From Candidatus Thorarchaeota archaeon (lineage in GTDB: Archaea; Asgardarchaeota; Thorarchaeia; Thorarchaeales; Thorarchaeaceae), in assembly GCA_016839445.1 (NCBI GenBank), contig JAEOUG010000027.1, positions 35,113 through 99,112 on the forward strand: 64,000 bases of DNA. Reading direction: 5' to 3'. Both the position numbers and the translations under genes were made by a program. Under the pieces are notes generated by a model. That model had not been told where the DNA came from. It searched no databases and saw only the letters and a program-made list of their open reading frames with translations. Of this stretch, positions 44,587 through 54,765 are shown one piece after another (position 1 is the first letter of the stretch; each line of letters starts with the position of its first letter).

Positions 44587-45810
44587 ATGAGGAGAAGCCG
44601 GGTACGGTCGGTTCTACTATTCTGCATCATGCTCGCTCTCATTGGAGCCCCAGCTGGTGCTCAATCTGCAGCGAACACAATCGTGATCGACTATGGCGAT
44701 ATACCCGAGTCACAGCCCATCCTAGAAAGCTCGATAAATCTGGCTGAAGGCGAGGACGTCTATGGTCCCTGGAGTATGGGCAATGGTACGTTCTACTTCT
44801 CCATTCGCAGCCTCGCAAATGATACTATGACTCTGCTCAGATACGATGACGAGGGGTTCTCGCCACGGCTGGCAACTCACCCAGATCGTGTGATGGGACC
44901 TCTATACGTCAACGGTTCTTTGTATGCCTTCAGTGCTGAGCTATTCATTAACAGAACCGTCTTCATGCTGATGCAGATTGACCCAGTTGGTGACCTCATC
45001 ATAGTAAGAAACGTCACAATAGAGGGTGGGCTATTCACATTCCGAGCAGTTGTCGGGCTAGATGACGCAGTCTATCTTCTAGGAGATCTGTCATCCCCCT
45101 ATCTTGACACCGAGGCTCACATATTGAAGATCTTCATCAATGGCACAACCGCCTGGAATCAGAAGCTTTCAGGACATGGTTGGGACTATGATGTAAGCCT
45201 GCTGCAGGACGGAAACCTGTTCCTAGTGAATATGACCCACATCGAACTCAGAGACAGCAATGGCGAACCCGTGTGGTTGCGCGAGTTTCCTGACGGAAGG
45301 TACGGCGAGAAGGTTCTAGCATATAACAGCAATTCAGCCATCGTGAAGTCCTACTGCTACTCAGACCCAAGCGGGTGCAGCATCTACAGGTATGACCTAA
45401 CCGGGAACATGATTGCGAATACAACGCTTCTTGGAAGAACTCCCACCGGGTCGGAAGCAGGAGTCGGCGCCAATGTCTACATCGAGGGCGATGCCATCTA
45501 TGCTCTTGTCGGCTTTGACACTACCATGAAAGACCCATTTCTCATCGAGCTCTCCAGTAATCTGGAATTCGTGAGCAGCTCCTCGCTGTTCGTTGTCGAC
45601 CTTCGTTTCTCCCATCTGGCCTTTTCCTCCGACCATTCGCCTCTGCGGTTCGGTATTGGAGAGACAGAAGATGGGGACTTGTTTTGCGCATACAGCTTCA
45701 GCGAGATTCGTGGAAGCACGTCCTTCCCGTTCTTGCTCCTCGTCACTATGCTCTCACTAGGCTGCATCGGGGCGGGTGTGCTGATTCTGTATTTGCTCAG
45801 GAGAAGATGA
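44587..45810 (+). CDS. Secreted, C-terminally anchored beta-propeller-like protein
   Basis: Signal peptide, beta-rich repeats (G...W), C-terminal TM + RRR. Confidence 0.6.
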   Translation: MRRSRVRSVLLFCIMLALIGAPAGAQSAANTIVIDYGDIPESQPILESSINLAEGEDVYGPWSMGNGTFYFSIRSLANDTMTLLRYDDEGFSPRLATHPDRVMGPLYVNGSLYAFSAELFINRTVFMLMQIDPVGDLIIVRNVTIEGGLFTFRAVVGLDDAVYLLGDLSSPYLDTEAHILKIFINGTTAWNQKLSGHGWDYDVSLLQDGNLFLVNMTHIELRDSNGEPVWLREFPDGRYGEKVLAYNSNSAIVKSYCYSDPSGCSIYRYDLTGNMIANTTLLGRTPTGSEAGVGANVYIEGDAIYALVGFDTTMKDPFLIELSSNLEFVSSSSLFVVDLRFSHLAFSSDHSPLRFGIGETEDGDLFCAYSFSEIRGSTSFPFLLLVTMLSLGCIGAGVLILYLLRRR

Positions 45811-45816
45811 ACCTGC

Positions 45817-45862
45817 AAAAAGAGAAGTGCTGGAAGGAGGGGCGACAAGCGCCACCCCCTAG
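45817..45862 (+). repeat. Direct repeat copy R1 (degenerate) of vhuU-downstream element
   Basis: AAAAAGAGAAGTGCTGGAAGGAGGGGCGACAAGCGCCACCCC versus R5 consensus. Confidence 0.65.
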
Positions 45863-45884
45863 ACAAGACACGATCCAGAATTGT

Positions 45885-46277
45885 CTAGTATCGTGATCGA
45901 CTGCTGTGCTCTTCGGCAGACATGTCTACTTCTGAGTTCACTTCGTCGATTGGTTCTTCGGCTTGGGCAATTATACCGAACTTCCCCAATTGTAGTCGTA
46001 GATTGCCTTTGAAGAGACCTGTATAGCCATTCGTGAGGGTGTAGGTTGCACCGTCCTCAATTGCATCGATGGTCTCGTTCCAGATTGGCATCAGGATAAC
46101 CCCTGTCGAGTCTCCAACTAGGGCATCTACTACTCGGTATATCTCGCCATTCTTTCGGGACTCGACCTCGCGTTCTTCACTAGTATTCAAAACCTTGAAG
46201 GTGATGTTTACGCTTTTCATTCCGGGCTTAAGCTCGGCAATAGTAGCCTCAACGGCTTCTGCTGTGTTGTCATACAT
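45885..46277 (-). CDS. ssb: Second single-OB SSB paralogue lacking the Gly/Arg tail
   Basis: EATIAELKP...VGDSTG...PIW...NGYTGLFKGNLRL; clearly homologous to 25091..25660. Confidence 0.88.
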   Translation of the reverse strand: MYDNTAEAVEATIAELKPGMKSVNITFKVLNTSEEREVESRKNGEIYRVVDALVGDSTGVILMPIWNETIDAIEDGATYTLTNGYTGLFKGNLRLQLGKFGIIAQAEEPIDEVNSEVDMSAEEHSSRSRY

Positions 46278-46496
46278 TGTATATCACTCGCTTGTGCGAA
46301 TTCAGGTCATTGAAAACTAGAGTAGTCCTCGAGTGGAAGTAGAGAAAGGTCGTTAATCTTCAGTAGAACCAGTCTGAGAAGGTCTGCATAGTTGCTATGC
46401 CTGTAGGTGGAAGAGGCGGGAGTTTGCTTAAGGGCTTATGCATCGGCCTAGAAACATGTACGACTGCTCCATCTGCCAAGCAAGATGGCTCTTAGT

Positions 46497-46530
46497 GAGA
46501 AGAGAGAGGGGATGGAAGGAGGAGCACTCA
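46497..46530 (+). repeat. Direct repeat copy R2 (5' half only)
   Basis: GAGAAGAGAGAGGGGATGGAAGGAGG matches the R4/R5 left half. Confidence 0.6.
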
Positions 46531-46598
46531 GGGCCCTAGGCGCAACTGATGAAAACCAATAAATCGTTGTCTGCGGAAGACTTGCAGGGGCATGTCAA

Positions 46599-48935
46599 GT
46601 GGGCAATCTCCAGAAACGATTGAGTGACTCTATCTCCTCTTTGGGAATCGTGAGTTTCTCCGTCTTGCCGATTGCCGTGGAGACTGTCTTGTTGCAGCAG
46701 CGTTTTGACTTCCGACTGGCTATGGTCATCGCTCTAGCCACGTTCCTTGCCGCAGATTACTACTTCCGCCAGATGTCAGAGATCTCTGTAAATCCGGGTA
46801 CCGAGATTTTCGCATGGTCCATCATGATTAGCATGGGAGTCCTCCTTCCACTTGTCTGCCTTGGTGCTCTTTCGTGGCTTACTTCGATGCCGCTATGGAA
46901 CATAGTGATGACCATTCTGTCTTTCTTAACCCCCGTTCCACTCGGGCTCTGCTTAGCAGCTGTCGTTCCTGTGTCCAAGGCCCCCATTGCGGTTGCCGGG
47001 GAAATCCAGAAGTGGCCAGCAATACTAGTACCACTGGTATGTTTGTCATACACATTGGCGCTGTCTCTGGCTGTTGTTTTCTCTGTAGATATCATGCTGC
47101 TACACCTTCTTGGGGTTCTCGTGCTACTACCTAGTCTATGGGCAGCTAGGAAAGAATCGACAAGACCTCTGCCGTCTCCCTCGGATCTCAGAGCTGGACG
47201 GAAGACCCTCCGAGATGTCATGCGCAGGAGGCTTGCGAACGCATCAATGCCCTCGCTCATCATAATGTTAGTATTCCTCCCAGGTGCATTCCTAGCCATT
47301 CTTCTCTCGGGACTCTGGTCTTTCGCTCCATTACTAGCCCTGCTTTCGATTATGGTGTCCTATGCAGGGCTCACAGCACTTGTCTGGGGAGTTCGAAGAT
47401 CCGACGACATGATTCAATTTGGGGTTGATGGACTGGCTCGCTACTTGTTTGGACAGCCTCACAGGATAACCTCCAGCCCAGGATTGATGCTGCCCACAAT
47501 GGTGTATTCACTCCTCTATCTGTCACTCACGGCAAGTCATCAGCTCTATACAGGTCCAATCCTGTTGCTCTCACTCCCAGTGTTCTTTCTTGCATCTCTC
47601 GGTGCCGCATTCAGGGTTTCTGCTGCAACTCCTAGGAGAATCTGGCAGTTACTGGCAACGGTGCTAGGAATGCTGGGAGTCTGCATCCTTGTCGGCCGAT
47701 CTCTGATTGCGCTGCTAGGAGCACAAGATCTCTACCACATCTGGATGCACGCGGGTGTCATTGTGACCCTAATTGCGTATGCAGGGAGCTGCGCGGGAGG
47801 CCTCCTAAGTCGACGAGTGCTTGCGATGTATTGCAGGAAGAGGCTTCGAGAAGAAATCACAGTCGTGCGAGGGATGACGCGTAGTGGCGAGATAGAGTTG
47901 AAAGAGATTCCCTTTTCGAAACGGGATGTCAAGCTCCCAGGAGAGGGATTCCGAAGCGACGGAACGACACCTTCCACCGACACAGACCTTGGTGGGAGAT
48001 ACATCACCAATCTTGATCTTAGTCTGCTCCCGTTCCGGCCCAGCACAAGAATCAAACCGGTTAGCCGGGGATCCGGTTACTACCCCTCGCTTGAGTTCCA
48101 GCTCGCAATACTTCCCAACCCTGACCTACAGGACGAGGATACAGTGTCGGGAATCTATGAAGTGGTCGAGAAACTGGGCGCCGTTGGGAAACCCCTCAAG
48201 CAGGAGTCCAGCCTAGGGGAGCGCAGCACAATCCATCACATCGTGCATAGTCAAGGATGGGGTGAAGTCCTCAATAGAGTCAAGACCATCTATCCCCAAC
48301 TGGACCAGACTTGCAGGCGGCTCCTCAACCTCTGGGCATTGATCGAGTTGGAACTTGAGGAGTTTGGAGACCTCGAGTTCGACTTGAGGAGGATTCTTTC
48401 CAGGGCAATCAAAGAGGCCAAAGACCCCGCCCGGCTCGGTGAGATGGTGCGGGAGCAGTTGGTTCCTCTCCTCAAGCCGCATCTCCAGGGAGGCGGCACC
48501 ACATTCTTCATGAACCCAGAAGTGATGAGAACACATGGAGAATCGGCTCAGCATATTCCCATGATTCTTGAGTCGCGTTACCACGAGTTCAAGAGGGCAA
48601 GAGAGCAATGGCTGGCGTCTGAATCCAAGTCGGACCTGAAAGGTCTCTGGAGCACTTACTACGGCTTCTCTTTGCTCTCATCTTTGGAGCCTCCGGTTCG
48701 CCTCACGATGTATACTGGCGACGAACTGATGATTGCAGACTTGCTGCACCACGTCCAGTTGGCAGAGGACATCTCTCAATATGCTTCGCCTGCCGGAGAA
48801 GGTGGATCGCCGCAAGCATCTAGGAACATGATTCTTCTTCTTGTGGGCCAAGGCTTGGCTCCTCAAATCAGGAGTATCCTGAAAGACAGAACGGCCATCT
48901 CTGCAATGAAGCGAAAGCCATCAGGTCTCAGATGA
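46599..48935 (+). CDS. Hypothetical protein: about 12 N-terminal TM helices + soluble C-terminal helical domain
   Basis: Hydrophobic N-terminal 400 aa, single LRR-like ITNLDLSLL segment, soluble C-terminus. Confidence 0.6.
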   Translation: MGNLQKRLSDSISSLGIVSFSVLPIAVETVLLQQRFDFRLAMVIALATFLAADYYFRQMSEISVNPGTEIFAWSIMISMGVLLPLVCLGALSWLTSMPLWNIVMTILSFLTPVPLGLCLAAVVPVSKAPIAVAGEIQKWPAILVPLVCLSYTLALSLAVVFSVDIMLLHLLGVLVLLPSLWAARKESTRPLPSPSDLRAGRKTLRDVMRRRLANASMPSLIIMLVFLPGAFLAILLSGLWSFAPLLALLSIMVSYAGLTALVWGVRRSDDMIQFGVDGLARYLFGQPHRITSSPGLMLPTMVYSLLYLSLTASHQLYTGPILLLSLPVFFLASLGAAFRVSAATPRRIWQLLATVLGMLGVCILVGRSLIALLGAQDLYHIWMHAGVIVTLIAYAGSCAGGLLSRRVLAMYCRKRLREEITVVRGMTRSGEIELKEIPFSKRDVKLPGEGFRSDGTTPSTDTDLGGRYITNLDLSLLPFRPSTRIKPVSRGSGYYPSLEFQLAILPNPDLQDEDTVSGIYEVVEKLGAVGKPLKQESSLGERSTIHHIVHSQGWGEVLNRVKTIYPQLDQTCRRLLNLWALIELELEEFGDLEFDLRRILSRAIKEAKDPARLGEMVREQLVPLLKPHLQGGGTTFFMNPEVMRTHGESAQHIPMILESRYHEFKRAREQWLASESKSDLKGLWSTYYGFSLLSSLEPPVRLTMYTGDELMIADLLHHVQLAEDISQYASPAGEGGSPQASRNMILLLVGQGLAPQIRSILKDRTAISAMKRKPSGLR

Positions 48936-48945
48936 TTCGGTGGCT

Positions 48946-49010
48946 GAGAAGGGGACGTAGGGAGGCGCGACCAGCGAGCCGATGCAAGTGGTGCCAGACC
49001 CGGTCAGTTT
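48946..49010 (+). repeat. Direct repeat copy R3 (degenerate, extends into SECIS 3' arm)
   Basis: GAGAAGGGGACGTAGGGAGGCGCGACCAGCGAGCC...GTGCCAGACCCGGTCAGTT aligns with 55680-55746. Confidence 0.65.
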
Positions 49011-49099
49011 ATTTTGTCGTTATTTCTGACGAATTCTGAATCAGAAAGAGGAGAACCATTGAACGCTATTAGGCAGAAAAACGGACTGAGGTTTGACTT

Positions 49100-49645
49100 G
49101 TGATTCTAGCTGTTTTTGGTTTTGGGCTTCTGGCCTTTAGGATTTGGCTAGTTGAAGTAAAACTGAGAGAGGAGCTACAGTTCAGACGTCGGTATTTCAG
49201 TAGATTCTTCGCCTACTACGCATGTCTTGCACTTGCTTTCGAGCTGACTGCATTGCCTTTCAATAGTATGGTGATGGTTGCATTCCCAATTCTCATTGTG
49301 ACTTCAGTTTGGGATGTCAACTTCTATCGCAGGCTAGACACGCAGCCATACTGGTCAGCAAAGAAGCGGTGGGCAATTCTTGAGCGGCTAACACTGCACC
49401 CGCCGGTTGCCATTCTGGCCATCTATATGATCGTCACTGGCGCAAGGCATTATATCCAACCGCCAAACCTAGTTGTGTTTGTCGTTTCGGTAGTAGTCCT
49501 ATTCATACCCTTCTTCCTAGTAGACGAGAGATGGACAAAACGATACAAATGGCCTGAGGCGCTTGTTGTGATAGGTCTAGTAATACTGTCAGGACTGTCG
49601 TTACTGATAGCTGAAGCTGTTCTATGGGGCGTCCCAATATGGTAG
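49100..49645 (+). CDS. Hypothetical membrane protein
   Basis: About 6 TM helices; GAGGT SD before GTG. Confidence 0.6.
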   Translation: MILAVFGFGLLAFRIWLVEVKLREELQFRRRYFSRFFAYYACLALAFELTALPFNSMVMVAFPILIVTSVWDVNFYRRLDTQPYWSAKKRWAILERLTLHPPVAILAIYMIVTGARHYIQPPNLVVFVVSVVVLFIPFFLVDERWTKRYKWPEALVVIGLVILSGLSLLIAEAVLWGVPIW

Positions 49646-50934
49646 CTGATTCTCTCAAGTCACCAGAGACCTTCTGGGAGTACTTCAGGAGATCTCGTCT
49701 ACTCAAGTTCGCTCTTGCATTCAATCTCATCTACTTCTTTGGAGTTCTAGTGTGCTTTGCGATTCTTTTCCTTCAGGGTACTCTCCTTGACACTGTGTTC
49801 ACGGTGGACTTCAGAGTCTTCTATGAAAGCGGGCAAGTATTCGCGAACACACCTGGGCAAATCTACGAAGTGAATCCCAACGGCCTCCCTTTCAGATACT
49901 TGCCGTCTTTTGCAGGTTACATGGCGTTGTTTTCATTCATTCCAATGATCCCACTCTACTTGATCAATGTCTCACTCATGATGATCTGCAACGCGGGAAT
50001 TGTCTACTTCGTTTACCAGGTCTGCTTGCAGAACGGAGTAAGTGCTCAAACGAAGAACTTCGAAAGGACACTCGCTGTTGTATTCATGGTCCCCCAACAC
50101 ATTGTCAATATCATGTTTGGACAAATCACTCAACTGGCAATATTACTAGTGCTAGTCTCATTGACTATCCTCCAATCAAAAGACCACGATAGGATTCAGT
50201 GGTTCTTCATTGTTGGTGTCTTGATTGGTCTAGCATCGACAATCAAACCATTCTTCCTGGTCTTCTTTGTCTTCTTGATACCTGTCAGCATTGGAGGAAG
50301 ATTCGGCATTTCCGTATCACTTCGTCACTTTGCAGGAGTATCAATCGGATTCATGCTGACAATGGTCCCCAATCTCGTGTACTTCATCCTATACCCAGAT
50401 GCACTTAATGAATTCCTGGCAATCAATCTGACACAATCTCTTACAGGCCAGCATAGCACAAGTCTCACGAACCTGATACTTGCGTTTGCTCCCAATACAC
50501 AACTTATCAGACTTGGAATCATAGTGACTATTGGGGGCATCATTCTCTTCAGGAGCTACTTCGGATTTCTGAGAACCCCTCAGACACAGAAGTCATTTCT
50601 CCGACACTTCACTGACATGACATTCCTCGTTCTTCTGGTCTATCCTGATTCTTGGTTCCTCTTTCTTGCGGTCTGGTATGCATTTCTAGCTCCATCCATG
50701 CTCTCACTCTATGACTCACCTTCAATATCAGAAGATGAAATGAGGAAACTCGACTTGCTTTGGTCAGGGTCCAACAATCTGCTGGCATTCTTCTGGATTG
50801 GCATCGTTATCCATTACCTGATTCTTGGCTTCGATCCAATAATGCCAGTCTGGCTATTGATATTGTATGTTCTATACCAGCGAGCAATAGCAAGAATAGC
50901 ATCGCCACAAGACACTGCGGGCATGGGTCATTGA
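49639..50934 (+). CDS. GT-C fold glycosyltransferase family 87 (DUF2029-like)
   Basis: DFRVFY..G, FRYLP, GQ.., GLASTIKPF motifs; multi-TM. Confidence 0.8.
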   Translation: MVADSLKSPETFWEYFRRSRLLKFALAFNLIYFFGVLVCFAILFLQGTLLDTVFTVDFRVFYESGQVFANTPGQIYEVNPNGLPFRYLPSFAGYMALFSFIPMIPLYLINVSLMMICNAGIVYFVYQVCLQNGVSAQTKNFERTLAVVFMVPQHIVNIMFGQITQLAILLVLVSLTILQSKDHDRIQWFFIVGVLIGLASTIKPFFLVFFVFLIPVSIGGRFGISVSLRHFAGVSIGFMLTMVPNLVYFILYPDALNEFLAINLTQSLTGQHSTSLTNLILAFAPNTQLIRLGIIVTIGGIILFRSYFGFLRTPQTQKSFLRHFTDMTFLVLLVYPDSWFLFLAVWYAFLAPSMLSLYDSPSISEDEMRKLDLLWSGSNNLLAFFWIGIVIHYLILGFDPIMPVWLLILYVLYQRAIARIASPQDTAGMGH

Positions 50935-51025
50935 TTGCATCGAAATAAGAGTAGTTCCAGGCCACAACACACAGGATTCCATTGCTAGCAGAATCGGACT
51001 CATACCGATTGCTGCTCGTTGCGGA

Positions 51026-51484
51026 TCACCAGAAGCTTGGCATAGTGATTGGGAAGATGGAGGACCAGAGATAGAGAATTGTGAAGAGGATGATGAGCAC
51101 TGTAATCATTGCGACAAGAGTCTTCGAGTATCCCTTTGGAATGAGCATTTCCTCTCTATCCATCTTACGAGCAAGAGGAAAGAGACCTACGTAGAATGTC
51201 GCAATTGAGAGTACCAGTGCAAGCAAAACCCATGGATGAAGATCTGGCGAACCAAAGATGACGATAACTGCAAGCAATGAAAGGAAGATGACTTTCGAGC
51301 CCGCAACCCAGTTGATCAAGTACTTCGCGAAGTCGTTAATCTCCGGGTCAGATTTGGTCTTTTCCCATGCCTTGAAGACTCCAATTCCGTTAGCTCTAGT
51401 GGAATCCTTCTTGAAGTAAAGCATGAAGACATTGGATGATTCCAGAACCATAAACAGAGCAATCACTACAATAACGAGACTCAT
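51026..51484 (-). CDS. Hypothetical 4-TM membrane protein
   Basis: Hydrophobic helices; LESSNV..LYF, LINWVAGSK. Confidence 0.65.
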   Translation of the reverse strand: MSLVIVVIALFMVLESSNVFMLYFKKDSTRANGIGVFKAWEKTKSDPEINDFAKYLINWVAGSKVIFLSLLAVIVIFGSPDLHPWVLLALVLSIATFYVGLFPLARKMDREEMLIPKGYSKTLVAMITVLIILFTILYLWSSIFPITMPSFW

Positions 51485-51685
51485 TCTTCATGCAGAGATG
51501 GTTGTTCCATAAATACATGGTTCTGCCGTGAGTAGTTCGATCGTAGCTATGATTAGTCCTTGCCTCATCGTAAATTTAAAAAACGACATCATAGGAGAAT
51601 TCCAAACTTCCCTACAAGCACTATCGATGAGAATGATGGTAGAAATGATCCGTAGTGTCACATCTACAGGATAGTCTACGGGTCA

Positions 51686-52660
51686 GTGAATGAAGAAGTC
51701 GTATGGGTGAGAGAGTTGAGTAAGAGGAAGTACATCAAGCAATACAAATGGTCCAACATCTTAGCAATGATGCGAGGTGGGGGAAAGGAACTAGAAGAGT
51801 GTACTGATGACTTCGCAGGACGCTTGGTGGTTATCACAGGAGCCACATCAGGAATAGGGTATGCAACTTCAAGAGAATACGCTTCACATGGTGCAAACCT
51901 GCTTCTCATTAATCGAAATGAAGAGAAGTCGATTGCGCTTTGTGAGGAGATCCGCCAGGAATTCCAGGTAGAATGTGACTATAAGATTGCAGATTTCTCA
52001 CGATTGTCTGAAGTGCGCCAAGTTGGAAAGGAACTTCTAGAGTCAGACCTCGAAATAGATGTCCTTATCCATAATGCTGGCATTTACTCAACGAAGAAGA
52101 TAATCACCGAAGACGGTAACGAGTTGGTCTTTCAAATAGACTATCTTGGGTCTTTCGTCCTGAACTACATACTCAAAGATAAACTGAAAGAGCAAGGAAA
52201 GGCACGCATCATCTTTGTCAACTCAGAAGGTCATCGCTTCGCTGTTTGGGGCATTGGGCTGCATGGCCCTACATATGAGAAACGCAGACACTCCGGTCTG
52301 GGGAGTTATGGAGTAGCGAAAACAGCCCAACTCCTTTCAATGATCAAGTTTGCTGAATACTTCGAAGGTAGCGGTGTCACCATCAATGCTATGCACCCCG
52401 GAAATGTCAAGACAAGTAGTGGTTCGCAGAATGGACGGATCTATCGTTGGTACAAGAGAAACCTGATCGACCGTAGCGCAAAAGACCCACAAATGTCTGC
52501 GACAGCACTATACTATCTCGGAGTCTCGAAGGAAGTCGAGGGCCTGAGTGGGAAGTTCTTCAATCTCACCAAGGAGGAAGATCCTGCACCCCCAGCACGA
52601 GACATGGAGGTAGCAGAGGAACTCTGGCATAGATCAATAGAGATGGCGGGGTTGGAATGA
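51686..52660 (+). CDS. SDR oxidoreductase (retinol dehydrogenase-like subgroup)
   Basis: VITGATSGIG, LIHNAG, YGVAK (YxxxK), MHPG, LW..S C-terminus. Confidence 0.88.
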   Translation: MNEEVVWVRELSKRKYIKQYKWSNILAMMRGGGKELEECTDDFAGRLVVITGATSGIGYATSREYASHGANLLLINRNEEKSIALCEEIRQEFQVECDYKIADFSRLSEVRQVGKELLESDLEIDVLIHNAGIYSTKKIITEDGNELVFQIDYLGSFVLNYILKDKLKEQGKARIIFVNSEGHRFAVWGIGLHGPTYEKRRHSGLGSYGVAKTAQLLSMIKFAEYFEGSGVTINAMHPGNVKTSSGSQNGRIYRWYKRNLIDRSAKDPQMSATALYYLGVSKEVEGLSGKFFNLTKEEDPAPPARDMEVAEELWHRSIEMAGLE

Positions 52661-54258
52661 GCGATAACAATCAACGGACGATAGTCGTCGGCGGAGGCAT
52701 GTCAGGATTAACAGCTGCTGTATATCTGGCAAGAGCTGGTCATGACGTCCTTCTACTAGAGAAGAACAAAGAATGCGGTGGGCTCCTTAGTTCATTCAGT
52801 CGAGATGGGTTCACGTTTGATGCTGGAGCACGAGCAATCCTGAATGCAGGGATAGTTCGTCCTATGCTCAAAGAACTCGAAATCGAACTCGAGATGGTTG
52901 ACAGCCCAGTATCAATTGGAGTCGAGAACGATGTGATCAACCTTGATGTGGAAACCATCCTAGATGACTATAGACATCTGCTAGAGAGATTGTATCCCGA
53001 AAGCATCAGCGATATAGAGAAGATCATCTCCAAGATTGAGAGAAGCTTCAAAGACATGGCGATTCTGTATGGTATTGATAATCCCTATTTTCGAGACATG
53101 AAGAAGGATAGAAGCTTCCTCCTCAAGGAAGTCCTTCCATGGATGGGGAAGTTCATGTTCGCCCTACGTCGAATGAACAAGAATAACGAACCTGTTGAGT
53201 CGCATCTAGAGAAGCTAACTTCTAATCAATCCCTCATTGATATCATTGCTCAGCATTTCTTCAGAGAAACGCCAACAGCTTTCGCATTGGGCTACTTCTA
53301 TACATATACTGATTACAGGTATCCAAGAGGAGGCACTGGTGAGCTGCCACGGGCAATGGTGCGAAAAATCCTCGAACTAAACGGAGAGATCAAAACAGAA
53401 ACAGAAATCATTGAAGTCAATCCATCCGAGAAAACCGTTCGCGCCAGTGACGGCAATACTTACTCATTCGATCATCTCATCTGGAGTGCCGACCTGAAGA
53501 CACTATATCGAATCCTGGACACCAATGGTCTGGATGAAGATGTCACCCACGAAATATCCGAACGAAAGGAGTCTCTTCTATCAAAACGCGGGTGCGAGTC
53601 TGTCTATACGATGTTCGTTGGTGTAGATATGCCACTAGAGTCTTTCAGGTCTATTTCAAATGGGCACTTCTTCTACACACCATTGAAAACGGGCCTTAAT
53701 GAAACGCATACGTCAGAACTTGATTCCCTAATTGAGAATTTTGATAGTGTACCGAAGAAGCAAGTTCTGCAATGGTTGGATAGGTACTTCCAGCTCACAA
53801 CGTACGAGATCTCTATTCCTGCACTTAGAAACCCCGAGTTGTCTCCCGAGGGAAAAACTGGCCTAGTAATAAGCACGCTCTTTGAGTACGACTTGATCAA
53901 GAAAATCAAGGATGCCCTTTGGTATGATGAATTCAGAGCCGAAGTCGAGAACCGTATGCTGGATAACCTCTCGAATTCCATCTATCCAGGTCTGAAAGAC
54001 AAGGTAGTCTTCAAAGCATCTTCAACTCCGCTCAGTATCGAGTCGGTAGTAGGAAGTTCAGAAGGTGCGATTGTGGGCTGGTCGTATAAGTCACCTGTAC
54101 CGGTTGTAAGTGAGCTCCGAAAGATGGGAAGCGCAGTCAAAACACCAATTCCAGATGTATACCAAGCAGGCCAATGGGCATACAGTCCTGCAGGCTTACC
54201 TACTGCGATCCTTACTGGTTGGCATGCTGCTCAAAATGCAATGAAGGCGAAGAGATGA
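52657..54258 (+). CDS. Phytoene desaturase-like FAD-dependent oxidoreductase
   Basis: VVGGGMSGL, EKN..CGG..SF.RDGFTFDAG, YPRGG, STP, LY.AGQW..P.G.P.A..TG; ATGA overlap. Confidence 0.85.
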   Translation: MSDNNQRTIVVGGGMSGLTAAVYLARAGHDVLLLEKNKECGGLLSSFSRDGFTFDAGARAILNAGIVRPMLKELEIELEMVDSPVSIGVENDVINLDVETILDDYRHLLERLYPESISDIEKIISKIERSFKDMAILYGIDNPYFRDMKKDRSFLLKEVLPWMGKFMFALRRMNKNNEPVESHLEKLTSNQSLIDIIAQHFFRETPTAFALGYFYTYTDYRYPRGGTGELPRAMVRKILELNGEIKTETEIIEVNPSEKTVRASDGNTYSFDHLIWSADLKTLYRILDTNGLDEDVTHEISERKESLLSKRGCESVYTMFVGVDMPLESFRSISNGHFFYTPLKTGLNETHTSELDSLIENFDSVPKKQVLQWLDRYFQLTTYEISIPALRNPELSPEGKTGLVISTLFEYDLIKKIKDALWYDEFRAEVENRMLDNLSNSIYPGLKDKVVFKASSTPLSIESVVGSSEGAIVGWSYKSPVPVVSELRKMGSAVKTPIPDVYQAGQWAYSPAGLPTAILTGWHAAQNAMKAKR

Positions 54259-54276
54259 TTTGCAGAGGAGAGAGAG

Positions 54277-54696
54277 ATGTCTGAAGTTGATAGACTCAAG
54301 CATAGAGCTGCAAAACTCCTGTTGACATGGAGCATTGCTAGCATCGCGATTGGAGCTGTTTTGAATCTGGGTTCACCAAATGCAATCATTGAAGGGATTG
54401 GCCTTCAAGCTGTCATATGGGGAGTAATCGACGCGGTAATTGGATTGTCTATTCTTTTCCGGCAGAAGGAGCAATCAGTTGAGAAGATAGCAAAGACAGT
54501 TGCAGCAAGCATTAGATTGGATATCATCTTCCAGGTTGCGGGTCTCATTGTGGTTCTGGTGTTCTTGCAGAATCCGTATTATATGGGAAATGGGATTGGA
54601 GTCATTATTCAGGGATTCTTCCTTCTTCTTCTGGACAGCAACTACATGAAATCACTCAAGAATCTCGAAATGAGAACTACAACTCAAGACTCGTGA
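54277..54696 (+). CDS. Small 4-TM membrane protein
   Basis: W...SI, GLQ..IWG.ID..I, G.G.GVIIQG.FLLLLD. Confidence 0.65.
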   Translation: MSEVDRLKHRAAKLLLTWSIASIAIGAVLNLGSPNAIIEGIGLQAVIWGVIDAVIGLSILFRQKEQSVEKIAKTVAASIRLDIIFQVAGLIVVLVFLQNPYYMGNGIGVIIQGFFLLLLDSNYMKSLKNLEMRTTTQDS

Positions 54697-54710
54697 ATAT
54701 GCTCTAGAGT

Positions 54711-54765
54711 GAAAAGAGAAGGGATGGAAGGAGGTGCGACGAGCGCACCCTTGCAGGGTGTGACC
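54711..54765 (+). repeat. Direct repeat copy R4 (near-identical to R5)
   Basis: GAAAAGAGAAGGGATGGAAGGAGGTGCGACGAGCGCACCCTTGCAGGGTGTG. Confidence 0.85.

Noticed and set aside
49059-49103. 14-codon TTG-initiated uORF or possible frameshifted N-terminus of 49100..49645
   Set aside because: The downstream GTG has its own SD-like GAGGT; cannot distinguish from chance without homologues
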